This document shows positions 31,510-42,361 of a stretch of 64,000 nt of DNA, in pieces. The notes beneath the pieces are model-generated. The model saw only the letters and a program-made list of their open reading frames with translations, was not told the origin of the DNA and did no database searches. Source of the DNA: an uncultured Methanosarcinaceae archaeon. Lineage in GTDB: Archaea; Halobacteriota; Methanosarcinia; Methanosarcinales; Methanosarcinaceae. The translations under genes and the position numbers were made by a program. The stretch spans positions 352,001-416,000 of the forward strand of contig CAWJYV010000007.1 of the NCBI GenBank assembly GCA_963847185.1, given 5' to 3'. Positions within the stretch are counted from its first letter, which is position 1, and each line of letters opens with the position of its first letter.

Positions 31510-32532
31510 ATGATAGATCCTGTTAACAGTTTCAAGATTCCTGAAGAATGGATTGTCCGCACCGGGCTTCCCAGGGAAGAACTTGAAAAAGAAGTAGCAT
31601 CCGGGATGATTGTGGTTCTGAGTGACGGATCTGTACTCAAAAGAGGGTACACTACAGGAACCACAGCCAGTGCCGCTGCAAAAGCCGCAGTCCTTTCTAT
31701 TAAGAATGTAATTGACAATGTCTCTGTTCCTACTCCTGTGGGGCTGAGAGCCTACCTCAAGGTCAGCGAGTCTTCTCCTGGGCGTGCAGTTGTGAAAAAG
31801 ATCTTAAACGATCACGAATCCGATATCACAAGGGGACTTGAATTTGTGGCCGAAGCCCGAGAAGTTGAGGGGATACATATTCTCGGAGGAAAAGGCATAG
31901 GAATTGTGAGAAGGGACGGGCTTCAGGTTCCTAAAGGCCAGCCAGCAATCAATCCAAAGCCAATGGAACAGATAAAAGCCGCAGTGCAGGAAGCTGTAGA
32001 AGAACTGGGCCTGAAGGGAGCTGAAGTTACAATCTCAATTCCTGAAGGAGAAAGGATCGGAAGAGAGACTCTGAACAGCAGGATAGGAGTCGAAGGCGGA
32101 ATTTCCGTACTTGGAAGTACAGGCTTTGTTGAACCCTGGAACGATCACCTGGGGGAAACTAGAGGAGACCTCATTCGCTGCACTGACAGAGTGGTTCTGA
32201 CTACAGGCAGGATAGGGATGCGTTACTCTCATATGCTTTTTCCGGACTATACCGTGGTCATGGTTGGGAGCAGGATCTCAGAGGGGCTTGAATCCGCATC
32301 AGGAGATATCATTATCTGTGGGCTGCCTGGTCTTGTCCTGAAATGGGGTAATCCCGACATGCTTGAAGACAGCGGATACGCAACTGTTGTCGAAATGCTT
32401 GAGATAGCTCCTGAACACGAACGCTTGAAGGAAGCCTTTGAAATGGCAGTCGAGAAAGGAAAAGGCGCAAGGATTGTGGTAATTGACAGGGACGGATCTA
32501 TCCTCATGGACAGCAAACCTGAGAGAGTTTAA
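31510..32532 (+). CDS. cbiD: Cobalt-precorrin-5B C1-methyltransferase
   Basis: [46 protein letters not shown]. Confidence 0.93.
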   Translation: MIDPVNSFKIPEEWIVRTGLPREELEKEVASGMIVVLSDGSVLKRGYTTGTTASAAAKAAVLSIKNVIDNVSVPTPVGLRAYLKVSESSPGRAVVKKILNDHESDITRGLEFVAEAREVEGIHILGGKGIGIVRRDGLQVPKGQPAINPKPMEQIKAAVQEAVEELGLKGAEVTISIPEGERIGRETLNSRIGVEGGISVLGSTGFVEPWNDHLGETRGDLIRCTDRVVLTTGRIGMRYSHMLFPDYTVVMVGSRISEGLESASGDIIICGLPGLVLKWGNPDMLEDSGYATVVEMLEIAPEHERLKEAFEMAVEKGKGARIVVIDRDGSILMDSKPERV

Positions 32533-32601
32533 ATTGAAAATAAGTTGAAAAAGCTAAAATGAAAAAATACTGAATATCCTAAATTAAAGATAAGTGAATC
32601 T

Positions 32602-32720
32602 AACTTACGCTAAGTAATATACGCCAATTACTTATATTACGCCAATTACTTATGCTGAGTAATATTACGCCAATTACTTATGCTGAGTAATATTACACCA
32701 AATAACTTACTCTAAGTAAT
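32602..32720 (+). repeat. 28-bp tandem repeat with internal palindrome between cbiD and cbiE
   Basis: TATTACGCCAATTACTTATGCTGAGTAA exact at 32635 and 32663, with degenerate partial copies on both sides. Confidence 0.85.
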
Positions 32721-32784
32721 TTAATTGAAGGAAGTAACAGCAGAAATTAGATTAAAAAAGCTTAATCAATTACGAGGAAAAATA

Positions 32785-33372
32785 ATGATCGTGGTAGGAG
32801 TTGGAGTCGGGCCTGGCATGCTGACTGAAGAAGGAATAAAGGCGATAAAGAAAGCTTCAGTGGTTTACGGTGCAAAGAGAGCTATTGAACTCGCAGAGGA
32901 ATACATTACCTGCGAAGCAAAGACAATTAAGGATTATAAGTCATTCCATCTCTTACCCGCAGATGCCGTTGTTTTGTCTACAGGAGACCCCATGTTTTCA
33001 GGGCTTGGGAAATTTGCAGGAGAAAAAGATACCGTAATTCCTGGAATTTCTTCAATGCAGGTTGCCTGTGCCCGTACGAAAGTGAACCTGACCAACCTCT
33101 GTGCGATCACAGCTCACGGCAGGGCCTTTGAGCCTGCAAAAGCTGAGCTGATCCGGGAATTAAGAAACGGAAGAAATATTTTCCTGCTCCCTGAAGAGAC
33201 ATTCGGCTCCCGCGAAGTTGCAGGAATCCTTAAAGAATTGGGGATAGAAGCCGAACTTTATACCTGCGAAAACCTTGGCTATCCTGAAGAAAGGATTGCA
33301 AAAGGCACCTCTGAAAACCCGCCTCTTCCGAAAACGATTCTTTATGGGTTGCTTGTCGTGCAAAAAAAGTAA
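32785..33372 (+). CDS. cbiE: Cobalt-precorrin-7 C5-methyltransferase
   Basis: VGVGVGPG, STGDPMFSGLG, IPGISSMQ, AHGR, ENLGYPEERI; ATG 32785 after GAGG. Confidence 0.9.
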   Translation: MIVVGVGVGPGMLTEEGIKAIKKASVVYGAKRAIELAEEYITCEAKTIKDYKSFHLLPADAVVLSTGDPMFSGLGKFAGEKDTVIPGISSMQVACARTKVNLTNLCAITAHGRAFEPAKAELIRELRNGRNIFLLPEETFGSREVAGILKELGIEAELYTCENLGYPEERIAKGTSENPPLPKTILYGLLVVQKK

Positions 33373-33662
33373 GTTAGTCAATTGAATTGGCAAAAAAGAA
33401 CTTTAGAATCTCTCCCGGGTCTTTTAGGGCCTATAAATCCTGCATTTATCCTGTAGATTTTAGATCTCCTGAGCCCTTTATATTCCCTGTATCTTGTGGA
33501 TCTTGTAGGTCCTGTGCGCCCGGTAGATCTTATAGATCTCCTGGGTCCGGTGCATCCTTTATTTCCTCTGCATCTTCTATATCCTGTGGAACATACGGGA
33601 CCCGTGCATCTGCTTCAAGCTAGGTTAAAGAAGGCCAGAGATCAGTGAATTCTGCCTTTTAC

Positions 33663-34427
33663 TCAGCCCGCGAAAATGCGCATGATTATATAAAAGACCA
33701 GATCTCCGAAAATAACTGCAGTTACAAAGCCTCCTGTGATTGAGATCATGAAGGGCAGGCCAGGGGTGACCCAGATATCTTTCCCAATCAGCCCTTTTTT
33801 CATGTATTCCTCAAGTTCGGGTCTCTGATTTGCATCGAAGTTTAGCCCTGCCCGCACATATCTTCTTTTGAGGCTTCCGCTTTCATCAAGCTCAAATTTC
33901 TCAAGCAAACCCAGATGCTGCTTATATTTTAAAGAAGAAACTTCTGTCCTGTATCCGATAAACATATAGAGCGGCTTTTTCAGCATCTCAGGAGAGAAGT
34001 GCAGAAGGTTGTAGCAGAACATCCCCAGAGGAACAAGCGTTGTCATAAGAAGCGCATTTGCAAGTACTGTAAACGTAAAAAGCCCTATTGCAGGGACGCC
34101 CAGTATCGGATAGTCTGTTCCCGAAAAACTGAAAAACGGATATAATGGGAAAAGGATAGAAAGCACTATCAGTCCCTTTGCATCCCCGCCTCCGAAGGCC
34201 CCAAGCTGGAAGAGTATGTAAATCGAAACAAAAACGATAACTGAAGAAAGAATAAGAGCTTTTAGATAAGAAACTCCACCCGTAAAAGTTTCATAAAAAA
34301 CAAACACAGAACCCAATGCAAGCATGTATTTCCAGACCTTATTCGAAACCCTTCGGGATTTCAGGTCCGTATAACAGGAGTAAAGCAGAAAGGGCATACT
34401 GAAGAGTATTTTTAGGATTTCTATCAT
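33663..34427 (-). CDS. A24 prepilin/prearchaellin peptidase (PibD/FlaK type)
   Basis: YTDLKSRRVSN, GAFGGGDAK (GxGD), C-terminal IWVTPGLPF. Confidence 0.92.
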   Translation of the reverse strand: MIEILKILFSMPFLLYSCYTDLKSRRVSNKVWKYMLALGSVFVFYETFTGGVSYLKALILSSVIVFVSIYILFQLGAFGGGDAKGLIVLSILFPLYPFFSFSGTDYPILGVPAIGLFTFTVLANALLMTTLVPLGMFCYNLLHFSPEMLKKPLYMFIGYRTEVSSLKYKQHLGLLEKFELDESGSLKRRYVRAGLNFDANQRPELEEYMKKGLIGKDIWVTPGLPFMISITGGFVTAVIFGDLVFYIIMRIFAG

Positions 34428-34723
34428 TTTGACCCTGCACTTAAATTCTTTTTATAGTGATTTACATTTATTACTTATTTACTTTATTGGTATTGTGAAT
34501 ATTTCTCTGGTAAACCTGTAAATCCATTAAAAAGGAAAAATCCCGCATATGAAAAGAACAGAATCAAAATGAAACAAATCAAAGTATGGGATAAAAATAT
34601 TAAAATATTAACCATATAGCAAGTCCAGAAAGCCTCTTTCCCCAATCAGCAAGCGATAAGCTTATACACAAGAAGCTATATTTTATGCTTGCTTAATCCT
34701 TATTAATTTTCAAATGCAAGCCT

Positions 34724-34797
34724 GGGCTCGTGGTCTAGACGGTTATGACGTCGCCTTCACACGGCGGAGGTCCTGAGTTCGAATCTCAGCGGGCCCA
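34724..34797 (+). tRNA. tRNA-Val(CAC)
   Basis: GGGCTCG/CGGGCCC acceptor stem, TCGCC-TTCACAC-GGCGG anticodon arm, GTTCGAATC T-loop; CCA not encoded. Confidence 0.96.
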
Positions 34798-34950
34798 CTG
34801 TCTTTATTATCTTTGTTTTCTGATTCTAAGTGCTTGTTGAGCTTATTTTCTAATGCTTCAAGTCTTAATTCTAAGTCGGATTTTGTTTCTGGTTATTTAA
34901 TTCTTATTCCACCATTAAACTCTTAGTGGTGTATTTAGAGGATGGTAATT

Positions 34951-35457
34951 GTGGATACATCAGAGAAATACATTAAAATGTGCGGATCTGCGAAGGGTAT
35001 TCAACACCAGTGAAATCAAAATTGAGGATTACATTTTTGACCCGGCTGATGAAGAAGCTAGTGTCATGGCAATTTAATTATTTAACATAATCTTTGGTAG
35101 TTTCCCCTTAGTATACAAGGATTTAGAGCTTGTTAGGTGATCAATAACTAAACTTCCTTGACACTAGAGTATTGTTTGAATATCCATCAAAAGAATACGA
35201 TGAGATTGTTTGCCAATACAGACCCAACTACAAGAGATGTGTATAGAATTCTTTATGCGGATTATGGAATTCTCATGACATGAAGCTTTTTTTACTTTTT
35301 AGGATGGTATGCAACTTGCCTGAAAGAAACTTATGATAATAGAAGAAACACTGGTGAGAATAGTGAATGTGAATAGATAGAATTATGTGAAGATTTGATG
35401 TTAAGATAACTATGATGATGTTACAGTGGCAAAAGTGGAATGGAAAAATCGGGTAAA
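34951..35457 (+). pseudogene. Degraded hypothetical gene (MDTSEKYIKMC... start)
   Basis: GAGG RBS with GTG; coding-like blocks DTSEKYIKMCGSAKGIQHQ, DYIFDPADEEA, YPSKEYDEIV, QLQEMCIEFFM, QKWNGK separated by stops, frameshifts and an AT-rich insert of about 110 bp. Confidence 0.6.
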
Positions 35458-35635
35458 GAAATTCTCGAAAAATTTTTTAAAAATATAGGTACATTTGAGA
35501 TGATCTCAGTGAATTAAAAATAATTTGAGCTATACAGAAAACTCAATAACACGTATGAATTTACGGTAGATCACATATTTTCAGATAGCTCTATCATAGC
35601 TTTTCCAGCTAAAGCAACCTTCATATTCATTATTA

Positions 35636-36739
35636 TTAAAATGTAAAATATTTCCAATCTGATACAGCCAGTATTTGGTCTTTATACTTGATTACCACTT
35701 TGAATTTTATATTAGCAGTTCCTGAACTAAGGTGTAACTCTTTGTTTGGAATAAATAAATTATAGTCGTTAAATGAATTTTTCATAGCTATTGCAGTGAA
35801 ACTCCTGTCTACTTCAACTTTACCATCAACACCATATTCTCCATTGGAATCTATTAATTGTTCACCATTCAAAGCATTATAAAAATGTGCAGATACCGTA
35901 AATTCTTTACCTTTAAGATTGTATACAGTATATACCACATGTATTGTCACTCCATTTTTGGTTTCAGTATCAGTTTCGAACCAAACGTTTTTTATTTCTG
36001 CTGACGGCGTTCCTTCAGGGGTAGTAGTTACTTCAGGGGTAGTAGTTACTTCAGGGGTAGTAGTTACTTCAGGAGTAGCAGTTACTTCAGGGGTAGTAGT
36101 TTCTTCAGGGGTAGTAGTTTCTTCAGGGGTAGTAGTTACTTCAGGGGTAGTAGTTATTTCAGTAGTAGGTTTAGATGTTAGAGTAGGTGATAATGGAAAT
36201 GTTTCATCTGAATTAAGATCTATAGACTGCGACCAGTCTTCGTATCCTTCAAGTTTTAGGGTAACTATATGAGGACCTTTCTCAACATCTTTCAAAATCT
36301 TTGGTGTTTCACCTTCGTACGTACCATCATCAAGATAGATACTGGCACCAACAGGAGAAGAAGTAACTGAGATGGAACCAGTTGAAGATGTTTTATTTGG
36401 GGTCAAGGTTGCTAATATTGGAGTCTGCTTATCAGCATCTACACTTACAGTCTGAGAATATTCTTCATATCCTGTAAGCTTTAGTGAAATTATATGAGAA
36501 CCTTGCTCAACGTCTTTTAAAATAGTTGGTGTTTCACCTTTGTAGGTATTATCCAGATAAATACTAGCACCACTTGGAGAAGAAGCAAATGAGATGGAAT
36601 TAGTATTAGATGATGTTTGTATCAATGTTGGATTACCTGAATGATATAGACCATAAATTGCTCCACTTAAAGTAACAACTGCGACAAAAACACCAAGTAA
36701 TTTTTCCAATATTTCTAACTTTCGTGCATCCATATTCAA
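35636..36739 (-). CDS. Membrane-anchored PEGA-domain surface protein with Thr-rich linker
   Basis: N-terminal TM helix; two PEGA repeats (SSPxGASIYLD...GETP...GYE); TTPE(V/E)T repeats. Confidence 0.88.
   Translation of the reverse strand: MNMDARKLEILEKLLGVFVAVVTLSGAIYGLYHSGNPTLIQTSSNTNSISFASSPSGASIYLDNTYKGETPTILKDVEQGSHIISLKLTGYEEYSQTVSVDADKQTPILATLTPNKTSSTGSISVTSSPVGASIYLDDGTYEGETPKILKDVEKGPHIVTLKLEGYEDWSQSIDLNSDETFPLSPTLTSKPTTEITTTPEVTTTPEETTTPEETTTPEVTATPEVTTTPEVTTTPEVTTTPEGTPSAEIKNVWFETDTETKNGVTIHVVYTVYNLKGKEFTVSAHFYNALNGEQLIDSNGEYGVDGKVEVDRSFTAIAMKNSFNDYNLFIPNKELHLSSGTANIKFKVVIKYKDQILAVSDWKYFTF
36014..36157 (-). repeat. 18-bp coding tandem repeat x8 (TTTPEV/TTTPEE)
   Basis: TTCAGGGGTAGTAGTTAC units on the + strand. 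Confidence 0.92.
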
Positions 36740-37418
36740 AACTCCAATTTCGAAACCGCTTCTTACTAATTCCTAACAATTTAGCACTCCTGCCAAGTAA
36801 ACAATTAATTGACATCTATGACTTTTTTTATTCACTTGGATTGGTTTATTGGGTTAACTATAATTAATTTAAACATTTTGGAACTATCAAAGCTTTATAT
36901 TTTAATTATATATGAATAAATGTGCATAAAAAAAAGATTTAATTTTTATAAAGGTTTCTATTTAAATCGATATTTCTTCATTAATATAAATATTAATATA
37001 CAATATGCAGTAGATAAATATGTAATTTTTTAACTCATTTTGATTATATAGACAAATTAAAGTGTTCTGCATTTTTCTTCTAGTATATGCATAGACAAGT
37101 TCAAATAACCAGAAACTTAAATAGGGCCTTTTTCCTTCTATCTTTTTCAATTTAATCCTTGAATTTCAATATAATTTTAGTCCAGCTCATCTCAAAACCA
37201 ACTTTACTTCCACATCAATGAGAGTTTTTATAACTGTTTTCACGATCAAATGTTTATTGATTATTCCCAAATATGAGATATAGAGAAGGGTCTTGAGTTT
37301 TGGGATGAGCTTAGTAACTAATTTTGAAACTTGTCTTTTAGCTTTGATAATAAAACAAGGCAGCAAACATAAGAAATATTAGAGAGTATATTACTAGGAA
37401 AAAGGTTGGGTGGTAAGT

Positions 37419-39722
37419 ATGAAAATTAAAAATATCTTTACTGCTTTGATTTTACTAATATGTTTTTTTTCAACAAATTGTTTTGGTGCAGTTATCAATG
37501 TCGGGCCAGGCACTTCCTTTAATCCTGAAGGATCAGACGACCAGACTGTTATTAACGCTGCCATACAATCAGCGAAATCCGGTGACACCGTACAGCTTGC
37601 ATCAACCACGTTTCACATAAGTTCGCCCATAATCATGAAATCAGGGGTAACTCTTAACGGAAACGGGATTGGTGCAACAATAATCTATTGTGATAATCCC
37701 AGCTCTAATTTTGCAACTCAAAATATTATTAACTGTGAAAATATTTCTGATATTGAAATTTCGAATTTCTTAATTGATGGCGGTTGGGAATCTTTAAGCA
37801 TAATGCATGCGGAAAAAAACAAGTACAGGGAATATGAAAAAGGAGTTTATTTACGCAACTGTTCAAATGCAGTTATTCACGACTTAAAAATGCAATACAG
37901 TATGGGTGACTTTATTTTCTGTTCTAAAAATACCAGCAATGTTAAGGTTTATAATACCGTTTGTAAACCCGGGCATGACAGCTTTGATGCATGGTCAGCC
38001 GGGGATGGAATCTCAATATACAATAATTGCTGGGGCACTTTTATAAATTCTTGTATTAAAGTTCATAATACAAAAAACGTTCAAATCTGCAGGAATACTT
38101 TCTATTCTGATGCTGGTTCTGGTAATGCCGGTGTAGAAGTAATGGGAGGTAATGTAACAGGCCTTAATATTTATAATAATACATTTTCAACACTTCAATT
38201 AAATACAATTTATCAAGACCCAGCTAATGGCGCTTGTTCAGGCAGAGGTACCGTTTCAAATAATGTATTCTATAACAGTCCTGAATATAATGGAATTAAT
38301 GGTATGGACATTAAAACAACTGGCAATACTGTAACTAGTTCTTATTCAAGCTCTAGGGGTACAAAAGATTGCGGGTATGTTGCAGATAATGGGACAAGAA
38401 ATTTGCCTGTTTACAATGGTTCTGCAGCACCTTCTGTTACTCTTCCGGCAAAGGGCAGTACAATTTCAAGTGTTAACGGCTATGTAAGTGTAAGCTGGAC
38501 TTATTTAAACGCAAGCAGTTATTCTATCAATGTATATAATAGCACATCAAAATTCGATTCTTCTCACTTAATATATAATCTTAAGACTTCACAAACATCT
38601 GCAAATGTACCAATTAGCTATAATGGACCGTTTGCCATAAAAATCGGTGCACATGATGATGTTCATAATTCATGGGTATACAGCAGTCCTGCAAGTTTGT
38701 TCACGGTAAGTGGTAAAACATCGGCTACAGTTCATTCTGGTATATATGGATACTTAACAGATGCAACTACAGGCCAAGCAATTCAGAGTGCCGTAGTTAA
38801 GTTATCAAATAATACATGGAGTGAAACTCAAATTACTGATATTGATGGGCTTTACCAGTTCACTGTGAGCAGTGGAAAAGGCACCTATTGTTTAACTGCT
38901 TCAGCAACAGGCTATCTTAACAGCCCTGAATTACAAGTAAATATGACAGGTATAAACACAGAAGTAAATTTGAAAATGGCTCAGGCACCTGATTATTGTG
39001 TGCCACATTATGTACATTTATATGTTTTAACTGATTCAAATGAAAAGATTCCTGGGTGTGAAGTTCAAATTTATACACCAGATAATGATCCAGGTAATGA
39101 AAAACCGAATTTTTGTGCCTGGGCAAATAAAGACAGTAGAGTAAGTTTCCATTTGACTCAAGGTGTCACATGTAAAATTGTACTAATTACTCCAGATGGA
39201 CAGAAGTACACTAAAACAATGACACCGAATCTGGATCAATATACCATTGCATTATCTGAAGATGACATCTCTACAATACCTGCAGGTGACACTTCTGCAA
39301 TACCGGCAATGAAGACTGTGATTAGTACAAATTGCACATATAAGCAGATAAACAATACAGCAGCTTACATTAATGCAAGCTATTATGATTCTTCATCAAA
39401 GTCCAGCAACCTAACTTTCGTACTGGGTACTATGAGTGATGGAAAAACGTTTGTACCTTCTGGAATTTCAGGCACTAATGATAAAGTGAATAAACCTGTA
39501 GGAGTGGTGACTGACTCTTTTATAGTCACTGACTATCCCGGAAAAATGTACATTGTGAGAATTAGTGCCCAGTCTCAAACTTACGGTACTGTATGTGAAA
39601 ATGTTAATGTATCATTCCCAAGTAGTAATGTCCCGAAAGTAGGGTCTAATATGAGTTATTTCTGTGTTTTGATCTTAATTATTGCAGGACTCATATTATC
39701 AAAAACTCGTAAGGTGCATTGA
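37419..39722 (+). CDS. Secreted/membrane-anchored right-handed beta-helix protein with carboxypeptidase-regulatory-like domain
   Basis: Signal peptide; DDQTVINAAI...GDTVQL, Asn-rich beta-helix repeats; GYLTDATTGQAI...TDIDGLYQF; C-terminal TM helix. Confidence 0.82.
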   Translation: MKIKNIFTALILLICFFSTNCFGAVINVGPGTSFNPEGSDDQTVINAAIQSAKSGDTVQLASTTFHISSPIIMKSGVTLNGNGIGATIIYCDNPSSNFATQNIINCENISDIEISNFLIDGGWESLSIMHAEKNKYREYEKGVYLRNCSNAVIHDLKMQYSMGDFIFCSKNTSNVKVYNTVCKPGHDSFDAWSAGDGISIYNNCWGTFINSCIKVHNTKNVQICRNTFYSDAGSGNAGVEVMGGNVTGLNIYNNTFSTLQLNTIYQDPANGACSGRGTVSNNVFYNSPEYNGINGMDIKTTGNTVTSSYSSSRGTKDCGYVADNGTRNLPVYNGSAAPSVTLPAKGSTISSVNGYVSVSWTYLNASSYSINVYNSTSKFDSSHLIYNLKTSQTSANVPISYNGPFAIKIGAHDDVHNSWVYSSPASLFTVSGKTSATVHSGIYGYLTDATTGQAIQSAVVKLSNNTWSETQITDIDGLYQFTVSSGKGTYCLTASATGYLNSPELQVNMTGINTEVNLKMAQAPDYCVPHYVHLYVLTDSNEKIPGCEVQIYTPDNDPGNEKPNFCAWANKDSRVSFHLTQGVTCKIVLITPDGQKYTKTMTPNLDQYTIALSEDDISTIPAGDTSAIPAMKTVISTNCTYKQINNTAAYINASYYDSSSKSSNLTFVLGTMSDGKTFVPSGISGTNDKVNKPVGVVTDSFIVTDYPGKMYIVRISAQSQTYGTVCENVNVSFPSSNVPKVGSNMSYFCVLILIIAGLILSKTRKVH

Positions 39723-40490
39723 TCATCTGCACCTTATTCTGATTATTTTCATTTTACGGAACAGTGTTCTGGTGATTTGATTCCTATTTAATGAGAAAGA
39801 AATGTCTATGGTATTTGGCTCGGCAATAACGATACATACGCTGTTTACTTCTGGTTGTATGACTTTAAGTTCACAGTTAACCTCTTCTTTAAGGGCTGTT
39901 TTTTGTCAAGATTTTTGTTGACAATTTTCTGGCTTGTTGTTTTAATGAAAAATAATACTTTAGCCTACAATACAGATACTCTTGTAAGTTTCTCCATCTG
40001 AAAGGTTGGATAGATATTACGCAGATTTGTTCTTCATTTCCTCTATGATTGTAGTGGTCTTGCTTACATTCTGAAAAGAATGGTACTTTTAATACGATAA
40101 ATCTGTGGAAAATTCCACTTCTCAGGGTAAATATGGATAAACTAAAACAATTAACTTAATCTTTTTATTTATATTGGTTTCTTATTTATATTTCTCTATC
40201 TATTATATTGGACGAATGTAATATTCAAGTGATACAATTTAAAACCACTTTCATTGGCATATATAATGATATGGAATCTACGATAATGTACCCTCTCCGA
40301 AATAAGTCTGGATAATATTTAGCACAATTATTGACAAATTTTATTTTCACAGTGATTTTGCTGAATAAGGGTAGATCAGAAAACTGACAGCTTTAAAATT
40401 GTATCAAATTAAACAATATGTTGGCGAGCAGGCCTACAGGAAATAATACAATATACAAAAACAGGATACTAAAATTGGGGGATAACTCAA

Positions 40491-40880
40491 ATGCAACAAG
40501 CAAGTTCATCGGAAATCCAGAACTCATTTCAGAAAGCTTCTCAAGCTTTCAAAGATATGAAATATCCTGTAACGAAGAATCAACTTCTCGATAAAGCTAG
40601 AAGTCTTAATGCCCGTAGCGAAGTAATACAAGCCATTGAGAACATTCCAGACAAAGAATACCACAGTACTGCCGATGTCCTCAAGGAATTTGAAGGTATT
40701 CAGAATGTAGTACAGGCTTTCCGCGAAGTGAAATTCCCTGCAAATAAGAAGCAGCTTTTAGAGGAAGCTAGAAAGCTTAATGCCCGCAGCGAAGTAATAA
40801 AAGCTCTTGAGGCTTGCCCAGACAGAGAATATACAAACTTTTCCGATATCGTCAAAGAATGCAGAAGCAAGTCGAAGTGA
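40491..40880 (+). CDS. Tandem DUF2795-domain protein
   Basis: Two repeats of (Y/F)P..K.QLL..AR.LNARSEVI.A.E..PD.EY. Confidence 0.85.
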   Translation: MQQASSSEIQNSFQKASQAFKDMKYPVTKNQLLDKARSLNARSEVIQAIENIPDKEYHSTADVLKEFEGIQNVVQAFREVKFPANKKQLLEEARKLNARSEVIKALEACPDREYTNFSDIVKECRSKSK

Positions 40881-40909
40881 TAAAGGAATAAATAAAGGAA
40901 TAAATACCT

Positions 40910-41075
40910 GAATCTGACAATGAAGATGTAGAAGAAACTACTCAAAATGAAGCTGCAGGTGTTGAACCGCAGACTGCAGATTAGGAAAATACAGACGCCA
41001 GCAAAAATACCCAGTATTTGAATTAATTTACAGGGTAGTAGGGTTGCTGGCATACTCCTATATAATAAAGATATA
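40910..41075 (+). pseudogene. Remnant C-terminus of a PGF-CTERM surface protein
   Basis: Acidic linker ESDNEDVEETTQNEAAGVEPQ, then after a frameshift P-V-FELIYRVVGLLA, resembling the PGFE...GLLA sorting signal. Confidence 0.5.
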
Positions 41076-41079
41076 TCCA

Positions 41080-41217
41080 GGCTTTGTAGAAGCCGCTAAG
41101 AATAGTCTCCATTAATTTTAACTGAACAGACTGACATGTAAATTAATGGACTGAGATATTTTTGAGGATTAATTTTCAGCCTTTCGTACCTGATTTATGT
41201 AGGTTTTCTACAGAACC
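41080..41217. mobile_element. MITE-like IS remnant, 138 bp
   Basis: Left end GGCTTTGTAGAAGCC; right end reverse complement GGTTCTGTAGAAAACC; imperfect TIRs. Confidence 0.5.
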
Positions 41218-41442
41218 GAATATTTTATTTCATCTATTTTTATTCAACTATCAACCATATTATTGTGCAGTATCATGTACGATTCAGCTCTAAAGCTAAC
41301 GATTTTGCAGCTATAATTAAATAGTCAACATCCATCTTAGACAGTCGGGGGCTTATAATTCTATTGATTTTTCGGTTTAACCGTTTAAATTCTATAAATT
41401 CTCAAAGTGTAAATAAAATTCCTCAATGAAGAGAGTATTGGT

Positions 41443-41830
41443 ATGTCAAAAATTCGATTTGGAATAATAGTTCTAATGATATTTCTTATCTTGACAATGA
41501 TTCCCGCAGCTTTATGTATTAAATGCAATTCCATACAAGTTCATAATAACTAAAGGTGATAATGGAAGCCTGATGGATATTAATAAGAGTCAATATTTTT
41601 TAATCCGTCTTGAGGAAAACACTGGTACTGGATACTCATGGACGCTTACAAGCACTTACGATAATGTTAATATCAAGGATCAAGGACATGTCTCTTCTTA
41701 TCACGAGTGGATGATTACACCAAGAGGTATACTCTTCGATCAGATAATCGGAAAATACAAGAAATCTGGGGAAACTAACTCGATAAAGACCTTTAAATTA
41801 GGTCTCAAGATCCTGAACTCTCCTGGTTAA
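41443..41830 (+). pseudogene. Frameshifted chagasin-family (I42) protease inhibitor
   Basis: Signal peptide MSKIRFGIIVLMIFLILTMIPAALC from ATG 41443 is out of frame with ITKGDNGSLMDINK...LEENTGTGYSW (NPTTGY-like); shift near 41540-41545. Confidence 0.7.
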
Positions 41831-42172
41831 ATATTTTCAAACATGTATTTTTGTGGCAAAAGACGCTCACTTTTTAGACTTTACATAGAAAAGTTCTGGC
41901 ACTGAATAAAATGCAGGTCTACGAGGTCCACTGAGTAGCAGCAACGTTTTACCCTAAATGTTGCTCTCTGACACATATGCAAGCAGTCCATATTCAAATG
42001 TTGATCTGGAGAATAACAAATTAAACATTAAACTGCTTCCAGATAATATGGAAATTATGGAAATAAAAAAACGGAGTATAAATTTTGGTGAGGCTTTGGA
42101 TGCCACACTTCAAGAGCGTTATTTCATAAACTATTATTCGATTTGATGTCATATTATTCAGGATAATATGCG

Positions 42173-42361
42173 TTAAAATGTTTCCAGTTCGTTGTCTTCC
42201 TGTCCAAAGGGTTTATACGCCGCACATTCAGAAGTACAATCCCCCATATCCTGAAGCCTTAAAGTGCACCTATCAATCTGGATATGCTTAGGCACTATGT
42301 TACCGTTATCCACAGGTTCATACCAGTACTTATGGTAAATACAATCGTCTTTTATAGCCAT
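42173..42361 (-). CDS. 62-aa Cys/His-containing small protein
   Basis: GGAGGG RBS ahead of ATG; DCIYH...C...C...C..Y pattern. Confidence 0.65.
   Translation of the reverse strand: MAIKDDCIYHKYWYEPVDNGNIVPKHIQIDRCTLRLQDMGDCTSECAAYKPFGQEDNELETF

Noticed and set aside
33387-33623. 78-aa Ser/Cys-rich ORF after cbiE
   Set aside because: A product of the degenerate 9-bp repeat; no RBS or family motif.
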